A stretch of 64,000 nucleotides of DNA from Mobula hypostoma (Eukaryota): contig NC_086097.1 of assembly GCF_963921235.1 (NCBI RefSeq), positions 201,626,001-201,690,000 of the forward strand, read 5' to 3'. How positions within the stretch are numbered: position 1 is the stretch's first letter; every line of letters starts with the position of its first letter. This document shows, in pieces, positions 24,169-37,300 of this stretch. Position numbers and translations under genes: made by a program. The notes beneath the pieces were generated by a model. It was not told the origin of the DNA. It searched no databases and worked only from the letters and a program-made list of their open reading frames with translations.

Positions 24169-25135
24169 TGTATTACACACAAACTGCTGGAGGAACTCAG
24201 CAGGCCAGGCAGCATCTATGGAAAACAGTACAGTCAATGTTTCAGGCCCAGACCCTTCAGCAGGACTGGAGAAAAAAGTATGAGGAGTAGATAGAAAAGG
24301 CAGGATGAGCACTTGTTCTGCTAATGGTAGTAAGAGAGCAGGTTTAAGGGCAGGTGTAGCACTTGTTTTGTTGAATAGAACAAGTGCTACACCTGCCCCT
24401 ACACCTCCTCCCTTACTGCCTATCATTGAGTGCCCCTTCCAGATGAGGTAACACTTCACCTGTGAGTCTGTTGGGATCATATACTGTGTCCAGTGCTCCC
24501 ATTGTTGCCTCCTGTGTATTGGTAAGACCCAACATAGATTGGGAGACCGCTTCACCGAGCACCTACGTTCCGGCCACCCCAGAAGAAGCGAGATCTCCCA
24601 GTGGCCACCCATTTTAATTCCACTTCCCATTCCCATTCCGATATGTCAACCATGGCCTCCTCTACCGTCATGATGAGGTCACATTCAGGTTGGAGGAAAT
24701 GCACTTTATATTCCATCTGGGTAGCCTCCAACTTGATGGCATGAACGTTCATTTCTCAAACTTCAGTAGTGCGCCCCCAACCTCTTCACCATTCCTCATT
24801 CCCTTTTCCCTCTCTCACCTTGCATGCACCTCTCCTATCAGATTCCCCCTTCTCCAGGCCTGTATCTCTTTCAACACTCAACTTCCCAGCTCTTTACTTC
24901 ACCCCACCCCCACCCAGTTTCACTTATCACCTTGTGTTTCTCCGTCCCCTCCCACCACCTTGTAAATCTACTCCTCATCTTTTTTTCTCCTGTCCAGCTG
25001 AAGGGTCTTGGCTCGAAACGGCAACTGTACTCTTTTCTATAGATGCCTCCTGGCCTGCTGAGTTCTTCCAGCATTTTGTGTGTGTGTGTGTTGCTTGGAT
25101 TTCCAGCATCTGCAGATTTTCTCTTGTTTGCCATT
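24169..25135 (+). mobile_element. 5'-truncated Penelope-like element (GIY-YIG remnant + 3' UTR) with an inverted terminal-repeat copy at its 5' end
   Basis: 24380-24765 aligns by eye with the GIY-YIG region of the 32286-34372 element. Arms 24175-24300 and 24965-25090 are inverted. Near-TSD gaaatctaagcca / gaaagctaagcca. Confidence 0.85.
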
Positions 25136-25682
25136 GAAAGCTAAGCCACAACATTTCCTGGAATGACATCTCCAATTTGCATCTTCAAAATAAATGGTAC
25201 TGCTACCCCTCTCTTTTGCTGCAATAAAGTTCCTTTAGGAAATTTTTAGATGTTAAAATCTTCAATTTAATTCTGTTGATGAACCTTGCTTTTCAACCTG
25301 CAACCGCAGGATGCCAGCTGTTGTGGCTATATGATGATCAGTAAAGTCAGCCACTCGCCAGGCAAGTCTTTCCATTAATCATTTGTACTAACTTATCTCT
25401 TATATAAATTCTTTAATCCTTTCTTGTAACAGAAATCCATCTTATAAATCAACAGTAATTAATGTACCATCCATGATACAATTACCTCATATTTACCCCT
25501 TTCTTTAATCAGTGAGCTAAAGGGTCTTGCCAGCTTGCAGGAGTCATATAAATTTGGATCCAGAAATCATTCATGATGCAAGATATATATTTATGAGGAG
25601 GAAGGCAAGGACTTAAGATCTCAAAACATCAGTAAGATTAGCCTGTTCATTTTTCAACTCATTTATATACTTTTTGCAAACT

Positions 25683-26833
25683 AATAGCCACAGCTCTACA
25701 CACCATCCTTGCACATCTGGAGAAGAAAGATGCTTATGTGAGAATGCTGTTCTTGGACTACAGCTCAGCATTCAACACCATAATTCCCTCCATGCTTGAC
25801 AAGAAGCTCAGAGACCTCAGCCTTCACCCTGCCTTGTACAGCTGGATCCTGCACTTCCTGTCAGGTGGTAAGAGTGGGCACTCTCACCCTCAACACAGCA
25901 GCCTCTCAGGGCTGTGTCCTGAGCTCCCTCCTTTATTCTCTGTATACCCATGACTGTGTCACCACCCACAGCTCCAATCTGCTAATTAAATTTGCTAATG
26001 ATACCACATTGATCGGCCTTATCTCAAATAATAACGAGGCAGCCTACAGAGAGGAAGTCATCACCCTGACACAGTGGTAGCAAGAGAAAAACCTCTCCTT
26101 CAATGCCACAAAAACAAAGGAGCTGATTGTGGACTACAGCAGGAATGGAGACAGGCTCACCCCATTAACATCAATGGATCTGGGGTTGAGAGGGTATACA
26201 ACTTTAAGTTCCTCAGCAAACATATCACCAAGGATCTCACGTGGTCTGTACATACCAGCTGTGTGGTGAAAAAAGCACAACGGCAACTCTTTCACTCAGA
26301 CGGTTGAAGAATTGTGGCATGACTGTCCAACTGCCAAGCACTTTCTAAGGGGCAGAAATGAGAGCATCCTGACTGGCTGCATCAATCCTGGTTTGGGAAC
26401 TGTAATTCCCTCAATCGCAGGATTCTGCAGAGAGTGGTGCAGACAGCCCAGCGCATCTGTAGATGTGAACTTCCCACTATTCAGGACGTTTACAGAGACA
26501 GGTGATTAAAAAAGCCCCCAGGATCACTGGGGACCCAAGTGACCCCAACCACAAACTGCTACCATCTGGGAAATGGTACCACAGCATAAAAGCCAGAACC
26601 AAAAAGCTTCAGGACAACTTCTTCCACCAGGCCATCAGACTGATTAATTCATGCTGATACAATTGTAATTCTATGCTATATTGACTGCCTTGTTGTACAT
26701 ACTATTTACTACTACTATTTATTACAAATTACTATAAATTGTACATTGGACATTTAGACGGAGAGGTAACGTAAATGTTTTTACTCATTTATGTGAAGGA
26801 TATAAGAAATAAAGTCAATTGAATTCAATTCAA
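25683..26833 (+). mobile_element. Rex1/Babar-clade LINE, 5'-truncated
   Basis: [29 protein letters not shown] and IKFAND motifs. Tail aataaagtc(aattc)n. Confidence 0.88.
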
Positions 26834-27877
26834 TACCTTCCTTGATTGATTATTCCATGACTTAGAGATCTGCTGTCCAGAAATGAAACCTTGCATTATC
26901 AGTGATTTATCTTTCTTTTTGTCATTATTTTTGGTTCTATATTATTGAATCAGATTTTAGTCCAGATAATTCTTCCTGTAGAAACTGAAGACCTTTGCTC
27001 ACTTGATCCATTGGTCAGGGCAATGAAATTGGAGAATTCCTGTGCACAAACTCAATGTGTGTTATCAAGGTATTTTTGACAGCAGTGTTAAACTTCGTCA
27101 TCCTGTGATATTTATCATGGTGTCATACTGTTCCACTTCAGTACAAACATGGTAAATAAAATATAGATCTGCAGTAACATCTAATCTAGATATATGATTT
27201 ATACTTGTTGGAGTGAACTATGCTTTACTGCTCCATTCCCTTGTCATCAAGAATACGAGTGTTTTAAATGCATACAACCATTGTATATTTATTTTATGTG
27301 CTGAAATAATCTTTAATTTGCAATTTCAGATGTAATTAATTACACTGGGCATCATAATTTTCAATACATGTTGTTAGTCATTTCAATCTATTCCGAGTGC
27401 ATATTAGAACCCAAGTGAAAACTAAAGCATCAAATTTGATTCCTACATTCCTGTCATAGAAACAAAGAGCTGCTCTAAACTTCAAGTAGGTAGGCCGGTT
27501 GTGCTTTCCTGCATTACAGATGCTAACCTAAGTGCTGCCCTGTTCGATAAACTGCCCTTTCATTAAGTTATGATCTGATCTGAACTGAAACGCCATGTGA
27601 TCTGAAAAAGATCAGAGAAGAACAGTGTAGCACAGGCCTAGTTAGTGTTAACTTCTCAATTAATAACACTGAAACAGATTATCTTGCTGTTTTTCTCACT
27701 GCTGTCTGTAGGTTTTCCCTCTGTGCAAATTGATTGTTGCATGTAATTATTTTTAAGTGTTCTCATCCAGTCATCATTTAGTTTACAGGCCATAGGCTCC
27801 AATTCATGTATCAGTGAGCAGGCAGCATTTAGAGTCTGCATCCTGAAAGGCTGAAGTTAAGTACGCACAAAAGAGTA

Positions 27878-29117
27878 AACAGTTGACTTTTCAGGCCAAG
27901 ACCCTTCATTAGATACTATTCAAGAGTTCAGATACACACACCGGTGGCACAATACATACAAATACAAGTTGAGATACATATAGGCACGTCCAGGTGCATA
28001 TACTGGCTTAGTTTTGGATTCATGTGCCTTTTTCAGTCCTGATGAAGGGTCTTGGCCCAGAATGTCAACTATTTACTGTTTTCCATTGATACTGCCTGGC
28101 CTGCTGAATTCTGGCTTTCTGTCAGATCGCCGGCAGGTGGTAAGGATGGGCTCCCTCACCTCTGCCCCTCTGACCCTCAACACAGGCGCCCCCCAGGGCT
28201 GTGGACTAAGCCCCCTCCTTTACTCTCTGTATATCCATGACTGTGTCACCACCTACCACAACAATCTGCTGTCAACACTACACTGATTGGCCTAATCTCA
28301 AATAATAATGAGGCAGCCTACAGAGAAGAAGTCATCACCCTGACACAGTGATGTCAAAAAAACAACCTCTCCCTCAATGTCACAAAGATAAACGAGCTGG
28401 TTGTGGACTACAGGAGGAATGGAGACAGACTAACCCCTATTGACATCAATGGTTCTGGAGGTGAGAGGGTGAACAACTTTAAGTTCCTCGGCATAAACAT
28501 CACCGAGGATCTCACATGATCTGTACATACCGGCTGTGTAGTGAAAAAGGCACAACAGCACCTCTTTCACCTCAGACGGTTGAAGACATTTGGTATGCCC
28601 CCCCAGATTCTAAGAACTTTCTATTGCAGCAAGATTGAGAGCATCCTGACTGACTGCATCACTGTCTGGTACAGGAACTGTACCTCCGTTATTGCAGGCC
28701 TCTGCAGAGAATGGTGCGGACAGCCCAGTGCATCTGTAGATGTGAACTTCCCACTATTGAGGACTTTTACAGAGACAGGTGATTAATAAGGGCCCAAAAG
28801 ATCATTGGAGACCCGAGTCACCCTAACCACAAACTATTCCAGCTGCTACCATCTGGGAAGCGGTACCGCAGCATAAAAACCAGGATCAACAGGTTCCGGG
28901 ACAGCTTCTTCCATCAGGCCATCAGACTGATTAATTTATGCTGATGCTACTCTATTTCTATGTTATTTTGACTATCCTGTTGTACATAATATTTATTACA
29001 AATTACTATAATTGCACATTTGAACAGAGGCTTAACGTAAAGATTTTTACTCCTCGTGAATTTGCAGAATGTAAGTAATAAAGTCAATTCAATTCCTCCA
29101 GCATTTTGTGTGTGTTG
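27878..29117. repeat. Fold-back Penelope terminal repeat whose right arm is split by a Rex1 LINE
   Basis: Minus arm 27878-27913. Plus arm 28033-28111 resumes at 29096 (ctccagcattttgtgtg). Confidence 0.7.
28112..29095 (+). mobile_element. Rex1/Babar-clade LINE, 5'-truncated
   Basis: GAPQGCGLSPLLYSLYIHDC and KKAQQHLFHLRRL motifs. Same tail as the 25683 copy. Confidence 0.88.
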
Positions 29118-30664
29118 TGTAGGAGACTGATGAGTTGTAGTATTGAAGGCCGAGTCAATAGTTAAGAGTTTAATGTAGGGTCTTTATAATGTCCAAATGC
29201 TCCAAAGATGAGTGTATGGTCAAGGAGAATGCATCTACAAAGGACCATTTCAGCAGTAGATAAACTGCAGTGGATCAGGCTTGTCTGAGAGGCTGGAGTC
29301 TGTGCCTGCCTCATGAAGCACTTCATGATGGTGCATGTCAGAGCCAGTGGTTGTAGTTATTAAGGCATGTTACCTTGTTTTTGTTAGGTACTGTTCAAGA
29401 GTTCTGATACTCACACCAGCAGCACAATGCGTACAGATACAAGTTGAGCTACATATAAGCACAAGTCCAGGTGCCTGTACTGGCATGGGTTTGGATGCAT
29501 GTGCCTAGGAGCAAATTTGGGTAGGAGATCACTCTGCAAACGTACACATGGGCATGACAAGCCTCCACACACAGACAATGCATCAGCATCAACACAGGTA
29601 TTGGTCCAGATACACCTTCAGAAGCACAAGTTTGGGTACCCACCGAGTAACGTAAATTTGAGCGCACACAAGTGGCCATGAACTTAGGGATACACACAGG
29701 AATCTTTTCAGGTGTTTACACAAAAATTCAAGGTGAAGGGCACACAGCTGACATAAGTTCATGTATGCACACACTGGCACAGTTTTGGTGGACATCAGCA
29801 GGTCCAGATTTTAATTTCCCATTGCTCTGATAAACTGTAGATATAATTTTCATAAGATGGCTGACTGCCAAGAAGCACATTGACTTATTTTAACGTAACA
29901 TAAATGTTCTACATAATGTACTACATAAATGTATGTTCTCTACATTTTTAAAAAAGTTACTTTTATTTTTCCACTCCTCTTTCAGTCCAGGAGAAAGGTA
30001 GTAAACTCTGCTGAAGATTAAAGTTTACTATTTATCAATGGCATCAATCATGCTCCAAACCTCAAAAGTGCAGAAATAAAAGATGATATGTAAATACATT
30101 TTCTAATTCTGCAAAGTTATGAAAAACCTTTGTTCTTTTTATTTACTGCTAGTGTTATTCCTGTCTTTTTTACCCTTAGCACACATGATTAGTGTTATGA
30201 CTATATCTGAGTTTTTGAAAGGTATTATTAGTTGAAATGCTAGTAGAATATGCAAGATATATAACATCAAAATGGAAAGACATTTTCTTCTTGGTCACTG
30301 AATAACTGAGGACATTTTTATGAAAATACATTTTAATCATACTTCCTGAGAAAAAATATTGAGAATTATGTGATTTTCCTGTGACTTTTAACATTGAGCT
30401 CTCTGATTTTAATGTAGCTTCAATTTAAGAATAAGCAGTGTCATTGTGTCCTTATTTAGCATATATGCAAATTTATTTCTTTTTTTTTGCAGCTTGGATA
30501 TTCAGGACTACTGTAAACAATTGTCCACAATAATATTTATTGTTAATTGGAGGCATCCAGTATTTATCTGGGGTGGGAAGGAGAAATCTAGGGAGCAAGC
30601 TGTATAAGGCTATTAAAGATAGATGTCTAGGTTTTGCCAACACTCTAATATGTGGATAATCATC

Positions 30665-31406
30665 ATCAGAGTTTGAGAGCGTCAGTAACTTTAAATTCCT
30701 GGGTGTCATGATCTCAGAGGACCTGTTCTGGACCCATCATATAAATGTAATTGTAAAGAAAGCACCTCTACTTCCTTAAAAGGCTGCGGAGATCAGCGTG
30801 ACATCAAAAACCTTGACATACTTTTATAGCTACGTAGTGGAAAGTGTATTGACTGGCTGCATAATGGCCTGGTGTGGGAACACTTTTGAATGGACTCGAC
30901 CCAGTACATAATGTGTAAAGCCCTCCCAACCATTGAACACATCTACATGAAATGCTGTTGTAGAAAAGCAGCATCAATCTTCAAAGATTTTCACCACCCA
31001 AGCCAAGCACTTACCTTGCTTCTGCCATCAGGCAGAATGTACAAGTGCCTCAGGACTCTCCTCCAGGTTCAAGAACAGTTCCTATGCCTCAACCATTAGG
31101 CCCTTGAACAAAAGAGGACAATTGCACTCATTTATTGAGATATTCCCACAGCCAATTATCTCACTTTAAGGATTTGTTATTTATTGTTATTTGTCATTTT
31201 GTTATTTCATACTCCTGTTATTTATTGCTGTTAATTTATAGTTGTGTTTCAACAAATTGTCTTCTCTGCTTTTGCTCTTTCACTGATTCTGTTTACAGTT
31301 ACTATTCTGTAGATTTGTTAAGTATGCCCACAGGAAAAAGAATCTCAGGGTTATATGTGGTGACTACTCTGGTAATAAACTTTACTTTAAACTTTTGAAC
31401 TTTGAG
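30665..31406 (+). mobile_element. Rex1-type LINE 3' fragment
   Basis: ALPTIEHIYMKCC..KAASI motif and the shared 3' tail. Flanked by a 75-bp diverged direct repeat. Confidence 0.8.
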
Positions 31407-32285
31407 ATCTAGGAAGCAAGGTGTGTAAAGATATTAAAGATAGATTTCTGGGTTTTGCCAGCACTGAACTATGTGGATAATACATACTATCTGAAAGTGT
31501 ATTTGCTGGAAATCATTTCTGAAATTTGCTTAAGTAAACAAGAGGATGCCAGAAATCTGAAATAAAAACATCAGAAAATAATGGAAGTCCTCAACTGGTC
31601 AGACAACATGAGCAGAGAACTAACCTTTCGTAAGAATTGGGAAAAGTCTCACTTCTGATAACAGATGACAGTTCCAGCATATTAACTCCATTAATCTCTC
31701 TACCGATTCTGCCTGACCTGCTTACTAATGTCATCATTCCTAGCTTTTATATCTGAAGTTCACGTTCTATGTTTTAAACAGAAATTACAACATAAGTATC
31801 TGGAACTTGTCATTCCCAGCAGGAGACATTACAATATATATTCAACGAGTAATGTATTTCATTTGGACCATCCGGGCAGATTGGAAGAAGGCGAATGTCA
31901 TGCCACTGTTCAAAAAAGGATATAGGCAAAAGGCTGGTAATTATAGGCCAGTTCATTTAACATCTGTAGTTGGGAAAATACTTGAAGCTGTCAATAAAGA
32001 ATAAGTAGCAGGGCATCTGGAAAGAAATGGATCCATCATGTAGATTCAGCATGGATTCAGCAAAGGCAGTTCCTGTTTGACCAACTTACTGGAGTTCTTT
32101 GAGAATCTAACAAGCACGGTGGATAGAGGGGAACAGATAAATGTTATTTACTTGGATTTCTAGAAGGCGTTCGATAAAAGACTTATCCATAAGATAAGGA
32201 TGCATAGAGTTGGGGGTGATGTATTAGCATGGATAGAGGATTGGTTAATCAATAGAAAACAAAGAGTTGGAATACATGGGTGTTT

Positions 32286-34090
32286 AATCCAAACCTCACC
32301 ATCAAACCCGCAGACAAAGGTGGTGCCATAGTAGTCTGGCGGATGGACCTCTACCTCACTGAGGCCAAACAGCAGCTCTCTGACACCTCCTCTTACTTAC
32401 CCCTAGAACAGGACCCCACCAAAAAACATCAAACTATTGTCTCTCACACAAGCACCGCCCTTATCAACTCTGGAGACCTTCCATCCTCAGCCGCTAAGCT
32501 CATTATTCCCACACCCCGTACCGCTTGGTTTTACCTCCTCCCAAAGATACACAAGCCTGACTGTTCCGGTAGACCCATAGTTTCTGCCTGCTCCTGTCCA
32601 ACCGAACTTGTATCTGCCTACCTGGACTCCATTTTGTCACCCATAGTTCAGTCCCTCCCCTCCTACATCCGCAATACATCCCATGCCCCCCACCTCTTCA
32701 ATAACTTCCAGTTCCCCAGTCCCAACCGCTTCATTTTACTATGGATGTCCAATCCTTATACACCTCCATTCCCCATCAAGAAGGCCTCAAAGCCCTCTGC
32801 TACTTCCTGGATAATAGACCTCACCAGTTCCCCACCACCACTACCCTCCTCTGGTTGGCGGAACTGGTTCTCACACTTAATAACTTCTCTTTTGGCTCTT
32901 CCCACTTTCTTCAGACTAAGGGTGTAGCTATGGGAACTCGCATGGGACCCAGCTATGCTTGCCTCTTCATTGGTTATGTGGAACAGTCTGTGCTCCAAAC
33001 CTATTCTGGTACTGCTCCCCAACTTTTCCTTCGATACATTGATGACTACATTGGTGCTGCTTCCTGCACCCATGCTGAGCTCGTCAATTTCATCGACTTT
33101 ACTTCAAACTTCCACCCAGCCCTCAAATTCACTTGGTCTATCTCTGACACTTCTCTCCCCTTTCTCGATGTCTCGGTCTCCATCTCTGGAGACAGACTAT
33201 CCACTGACATCTTCTACAAGCCCACTGACTCTCATAACTACCTCGACTATACCTCTTCCCACCCCGGCACATGCAAAAATGCCATTCCCTATTCCCATTT
33301 CCTCCCTCTCTGCTGCATCTGCTCCCAGGATGAGGCTTTCCATTCCAGGACATCTCAAATGTCCTCTTTCTTTAAGGATCATGGTTTCCCTTCTACAGTG
33401 ATCAATGATGCCCTCACCCGCATCTCCTCCATTTCCCGCACTTCGGCCCTCACTCCATCTTCCCGCCACCACAACAGGGACAGAGTTCCCCTTGTCCTCA
33501 CCTACCACCCCACCAGCCTCCGGATCCAGCACATTATCCTCCGCAATTTCCGCCGCCTTCGACAGGACTCCACCACTAAGCACATCTTTCCCTCTCCACC
33601 CCTCTCCGCTTTCCGCAGGGATCGATCCCTCCGCGACTCACTTATCCGCACGTCCATCCCCACAGATCTCCCACCCTGCACTTATCCCTGTAAGTGTAAG
33701 TGCTACACCTGTCCCTACACCTCCTCTCTTGCCACCATTCAGGGCCCCAAACAGTCCTTCCAGGTGAGGCAACACTTCACTTGCAAATCTGTTGGGGTCA
33801 TCTATTGCATCCGGTGCTCCCAGTGCAGCATCCTCTACATCGGTGAAACCCGACGCAGATTGGGGGACCGCTTTGTCGAGCACCTCCGCTCTGTCCGCCA
33901 CAACAGACAGGATCTCCCGGTAGCCACCCACTTCAACTCTGCTTCCCATTCCCATTCAGATATGTCCATACATGGCCTCCTCTGCTGCCATGATGAGGCT
34001 AAACTCAGGTTGGAGGAGCAACACCTCATATACTGTCTAGGTAGTCTCCAGCCCCTTGGTATGAACATTGAATTCTCCAACTTCCAGTAA
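32286..34090 (+). pseudogene. Penelope RT-GIY-YIG ORF with a single frameshift near 32735
   Basis: IKPADKGG, LPKIHK..RPIVS | MDVQSLYTSIP, GVAMG, RYIDD, a Cys-rich linker, and VIYCIRC..LYIGET.R..R..EH. Confidence 0.92.
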
Positions 34091-34372
34091 TTCCCTCCCC
34101 CTCCCTTCCTCTATCCCTATTTCACATCACCTCCCTCATAGTTCCGCCTCCTCCTACTACTGCGCATTGTTCTCCTGCCAATCACCTCCTTGCTTCCCCT
34201 CCCCCCCACCCCTTTGTCTTTCAAATTACTGTTTTTTTCAACTACCAGCATTCTTCAAACCCTCCCCAAAGTTCTTCCTTCAGTCCTGATGAAGGATTTC
34301 GGCCCAAAACGTCGACTGATCTTTTCAAATGATGCTGACTGACCTGCTGAGTTCCTCCAGCGCATTGCGAGT
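32286..34372 (+). mobile_element. Penelope-like element (Neptune-like), 5'-truncated, RT + GIY-YIG endonuclease
   Basis: 14-bp TSD atacatgggtgttt at 32272-85 and 34373-86. Terminal repeat carries a hammerhead remnant at 34281-34318. Confidence 0.93.
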
Positions 34373-37300
34373 ATACATGGGTGTTTGTCTGGTTGGCAAT
34401 CAGTGGTGAGTGGTGAGCCACAGGTCAGTGCTGGGCCCACAACTCTTCATGATATACATTAATGATCTGGAAGAGGGGACCAAGTGTAGTGAATCTAAGT
34501 TTGCTGATTACACTAAATTGAGTGGAAAAGCAAATTGTGTACGGGTACAGTAAGTCTGCAGAGAGATATAAATAGATTAAGTGAGTGGGTAAGGGTCTGG
34601 CAGATGGAGTACAATGGTGGTAAATGCAAGGTCATTGACTTTGGAAGGAAAAATGGAAAACCAGATTATTATTTAAATGGTAAAAGATTGCAGCATGCTA
34701 CTATTCAGAATGCCTTGGGAGTGCTTGTGCAAAAGGTTGGTTTACAGGTGCAGCAGGCTATCAAGAAGATAAATGAAGCGTTGGCCTTCACTGCTAGAGG
34801 GATTGAATTTAAGAGCAGGGAGATTATGCTGCAACTGTATAGGGTACTAGTGAGACCACATCTGGAGTACTGCGTGCAGTTCTGGTCTCTTTACTTGAGG
34901 AAGGATATACTGGCTTTGGAGGCAGTGCAGAGAAGGTTTACCAAGTTGATTCCAGAGATGAGGGGGTTAGACTAAGGGGAGAGATTGAGTCGTCTGGGAC
35001 TGTACACGCTGGAATTCAGAAAGATGAGAGGAGATCTTGTAGAAACATAAAATTATGAAAGGGTTAGATAAGATAGAGGTAGGAAAGTTTTTTCCACAGG
35101 TTGATGAAACTAGAACTAGAGGACATAGCCTCAAAGTTAGGGGGTGTAAATTTAGGGTGGAGATGAGGAGGAACTGCTTTTCCCAAAGAGTGGTGAATCT
35201 GTGGAATTCTCTGCCCAATGAAGCAGTGGAGGCTACCTCAGTAAGTATATTTAAGACAAGGTTGGATAGATTTTTTCATAGTAGGGGAATTCAGGGTTTG
35301 GGGAAAAGGCAGGTAGGTGGATACGAGTCCATGGTCAGATCAGCCATGATGTTATTAAATGACACAGCAGGCTCGATGGGCCAGATGGCCTACTCTTGCT
35401 CCTATTTCTTAAGTTCATAATAATATACTCACCTTGGTAGGCATGGAAATTTAGTTACCTTAGTCTCATGGATGAGATTGACCAATTTACCTGTTTCTGA
35501 GCTATAATACTCTATGACTCTCACAGAGATTTCAGATTAAGTTATCCATGTAAGAAGTGAGATAGTGTGAAGGTTGAACTAAGATTTTAGAATCAAAAGT
35601 TGAGCTGAAAAATCATAGAAGAATAATTTTGAAGCATTTAAAGAAAGAAGGGAAAGAGAAAGAGGACGGTGGGAACCGTTCCAGAGGTTTGAAGCATGAT
35701 GTCATCAGAAACAGCAAGTTGGTCAGTGTTATAAGCAGGAGGAAGTCACTTAAGACTTTAAGTAGCCAGTACGGTAGCATTGTGATCAGCATAATGCTAT
35801 TACAGCACCAGCAATCTAGGTTCAATTCCTCTAATGTCTGTAAGTTTGTACATTCTCCCCCTGACTCTGTGATGCGCCAGTTTCTTCTTCCAGAGTAGGT
35901 TAATTGGTAGCATGGTATAATGGGGCAGTAGGGGCTCATTGAGCCACAAGGACCTGTTACAGTGCTAAATAAATAAATAAATCGTGGTATAGCACTTAAA
36001 TGCAAAGACAAAAATTTTGAGATAGATATGAGCAGCAAAGGAGCCTAGATAGCCTGTCAATTCTGAGGTAATGAGTAAGTTGTAACTGATGGGGAGTGAA
36101 AGCTGCAGAATGAATGTTGCAAAAAGCAGTATTTGAAAATGATAAACTACTATATTGGACCCTTAGTAGTACTGAAGGAGAGGCAGAGAAATGCAATATC
36201 TTCGGGCTGAGGAAAAAATGTGATGCTTAGATCAAAATTAAGTTCCAATATATTGAAGCTCTAAGCAAGTATACCTTACATGAAATAGCTATTAGGGAGA
36301 GTAAATTGCAGGCATGAAGGTTGATTTTAGTTTGTCTTTATTGAGTTGGACAAATATTACCTTACTTACATTAAAATCAGAAGTTAAGTCTTCATGCTGT
36401 TCTGGCGACTTTAAGAAGTGTTGCTCCTGCAAAATAAAGATACCATTGTGTTTATTTCTTCAGCTCGCTTGTTGCATCTTAGCTCTTTCACTCTTTTTCC
36501 TTGGGATCTCATTTTTTTTAATTGTCACTTTATTTTCATCACCATTTTTGCTGTTCCGGTTTCTACACTCTCTTTCTTCTTAATGTCTCTTCTTTGCAGT
36601 ACAGTTCTACTTCTATCTCATTCTGTTGGTTTTGATGTTACAATACTGTTTGTTTATTTAGCTGTGTTTCTTCTCAATGTTATTTTGAATTTCACAGAAT
36701 TTGCAGCTTCTTCCTTTCCCACTTGAACAAGCCTTTATCTATATCAGTATTGGTTACTAAAAATGTTAAATTACATTCTTCAATAAATATTAACAGCTGA
36801 ACTTTGTTGTGCCCCTTTTGCTTGTGCTGGAATTGTTGATACTAGTAATCCACAAACAAAAGGATACGGATTAATGATGAGGTTACCTGCATCAGGTTAG
36901 AAAATTAGATAATTGCTGGTCAGCTACAGATTAATTTCAATAGATACTTCGATGGATATCTCAAAGCAGGAGAAAATTTAAACTGCACGGACTAGTGAGA
37001 CAAAACGTTCACAAAATATTTGTGAGTTTTTATCAAATGGGGCACTATCTCACTAGTATCATAAAACAGCATGTTGATTACTCATTGCTTTGTTCACTCG
37101 TGTCTCAAAGCATTTTATCTTTGAAGCCTAACTTTTCCCCCTCAGAGGCAAAAATAATCAAATTCCAAAAAGGTTATGCATCAGGGTTGGCACATTTACC
37201 AGCTAGATCCTGGTGTAGCTTAATGGAGACCTAATTCATAAATTTATTTTAACTATAAAACTTCTCAAATCAGAGGACATTTTTATTTTAGTTTCATTTT

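Larger units (their letters stand above)
31870..35420 (+). mobile_element. CR1 LINE interrupted by a Penelope element
   Basis: WKKANVMPLFKKG..NYRPV lies before the insert. QMEYN, LVRPHLEYC and VVNLWNSLP lie after it. Confidence 0.9.

Noticed and set aside
32756..34080. Minus-strand and alternative-frame ORFs over the Penelope, HERO, L1 and CR1 elements
   Set aside because: They are shadow frames of the genuine RT ORFs.
34281..34318. Hammerhead at the end of the long Penelope copy as a functional ribozyme
   Set aside because: GAAA is mutated to AAAA and helix II is mismatched, so it is recorded only as a remnant.
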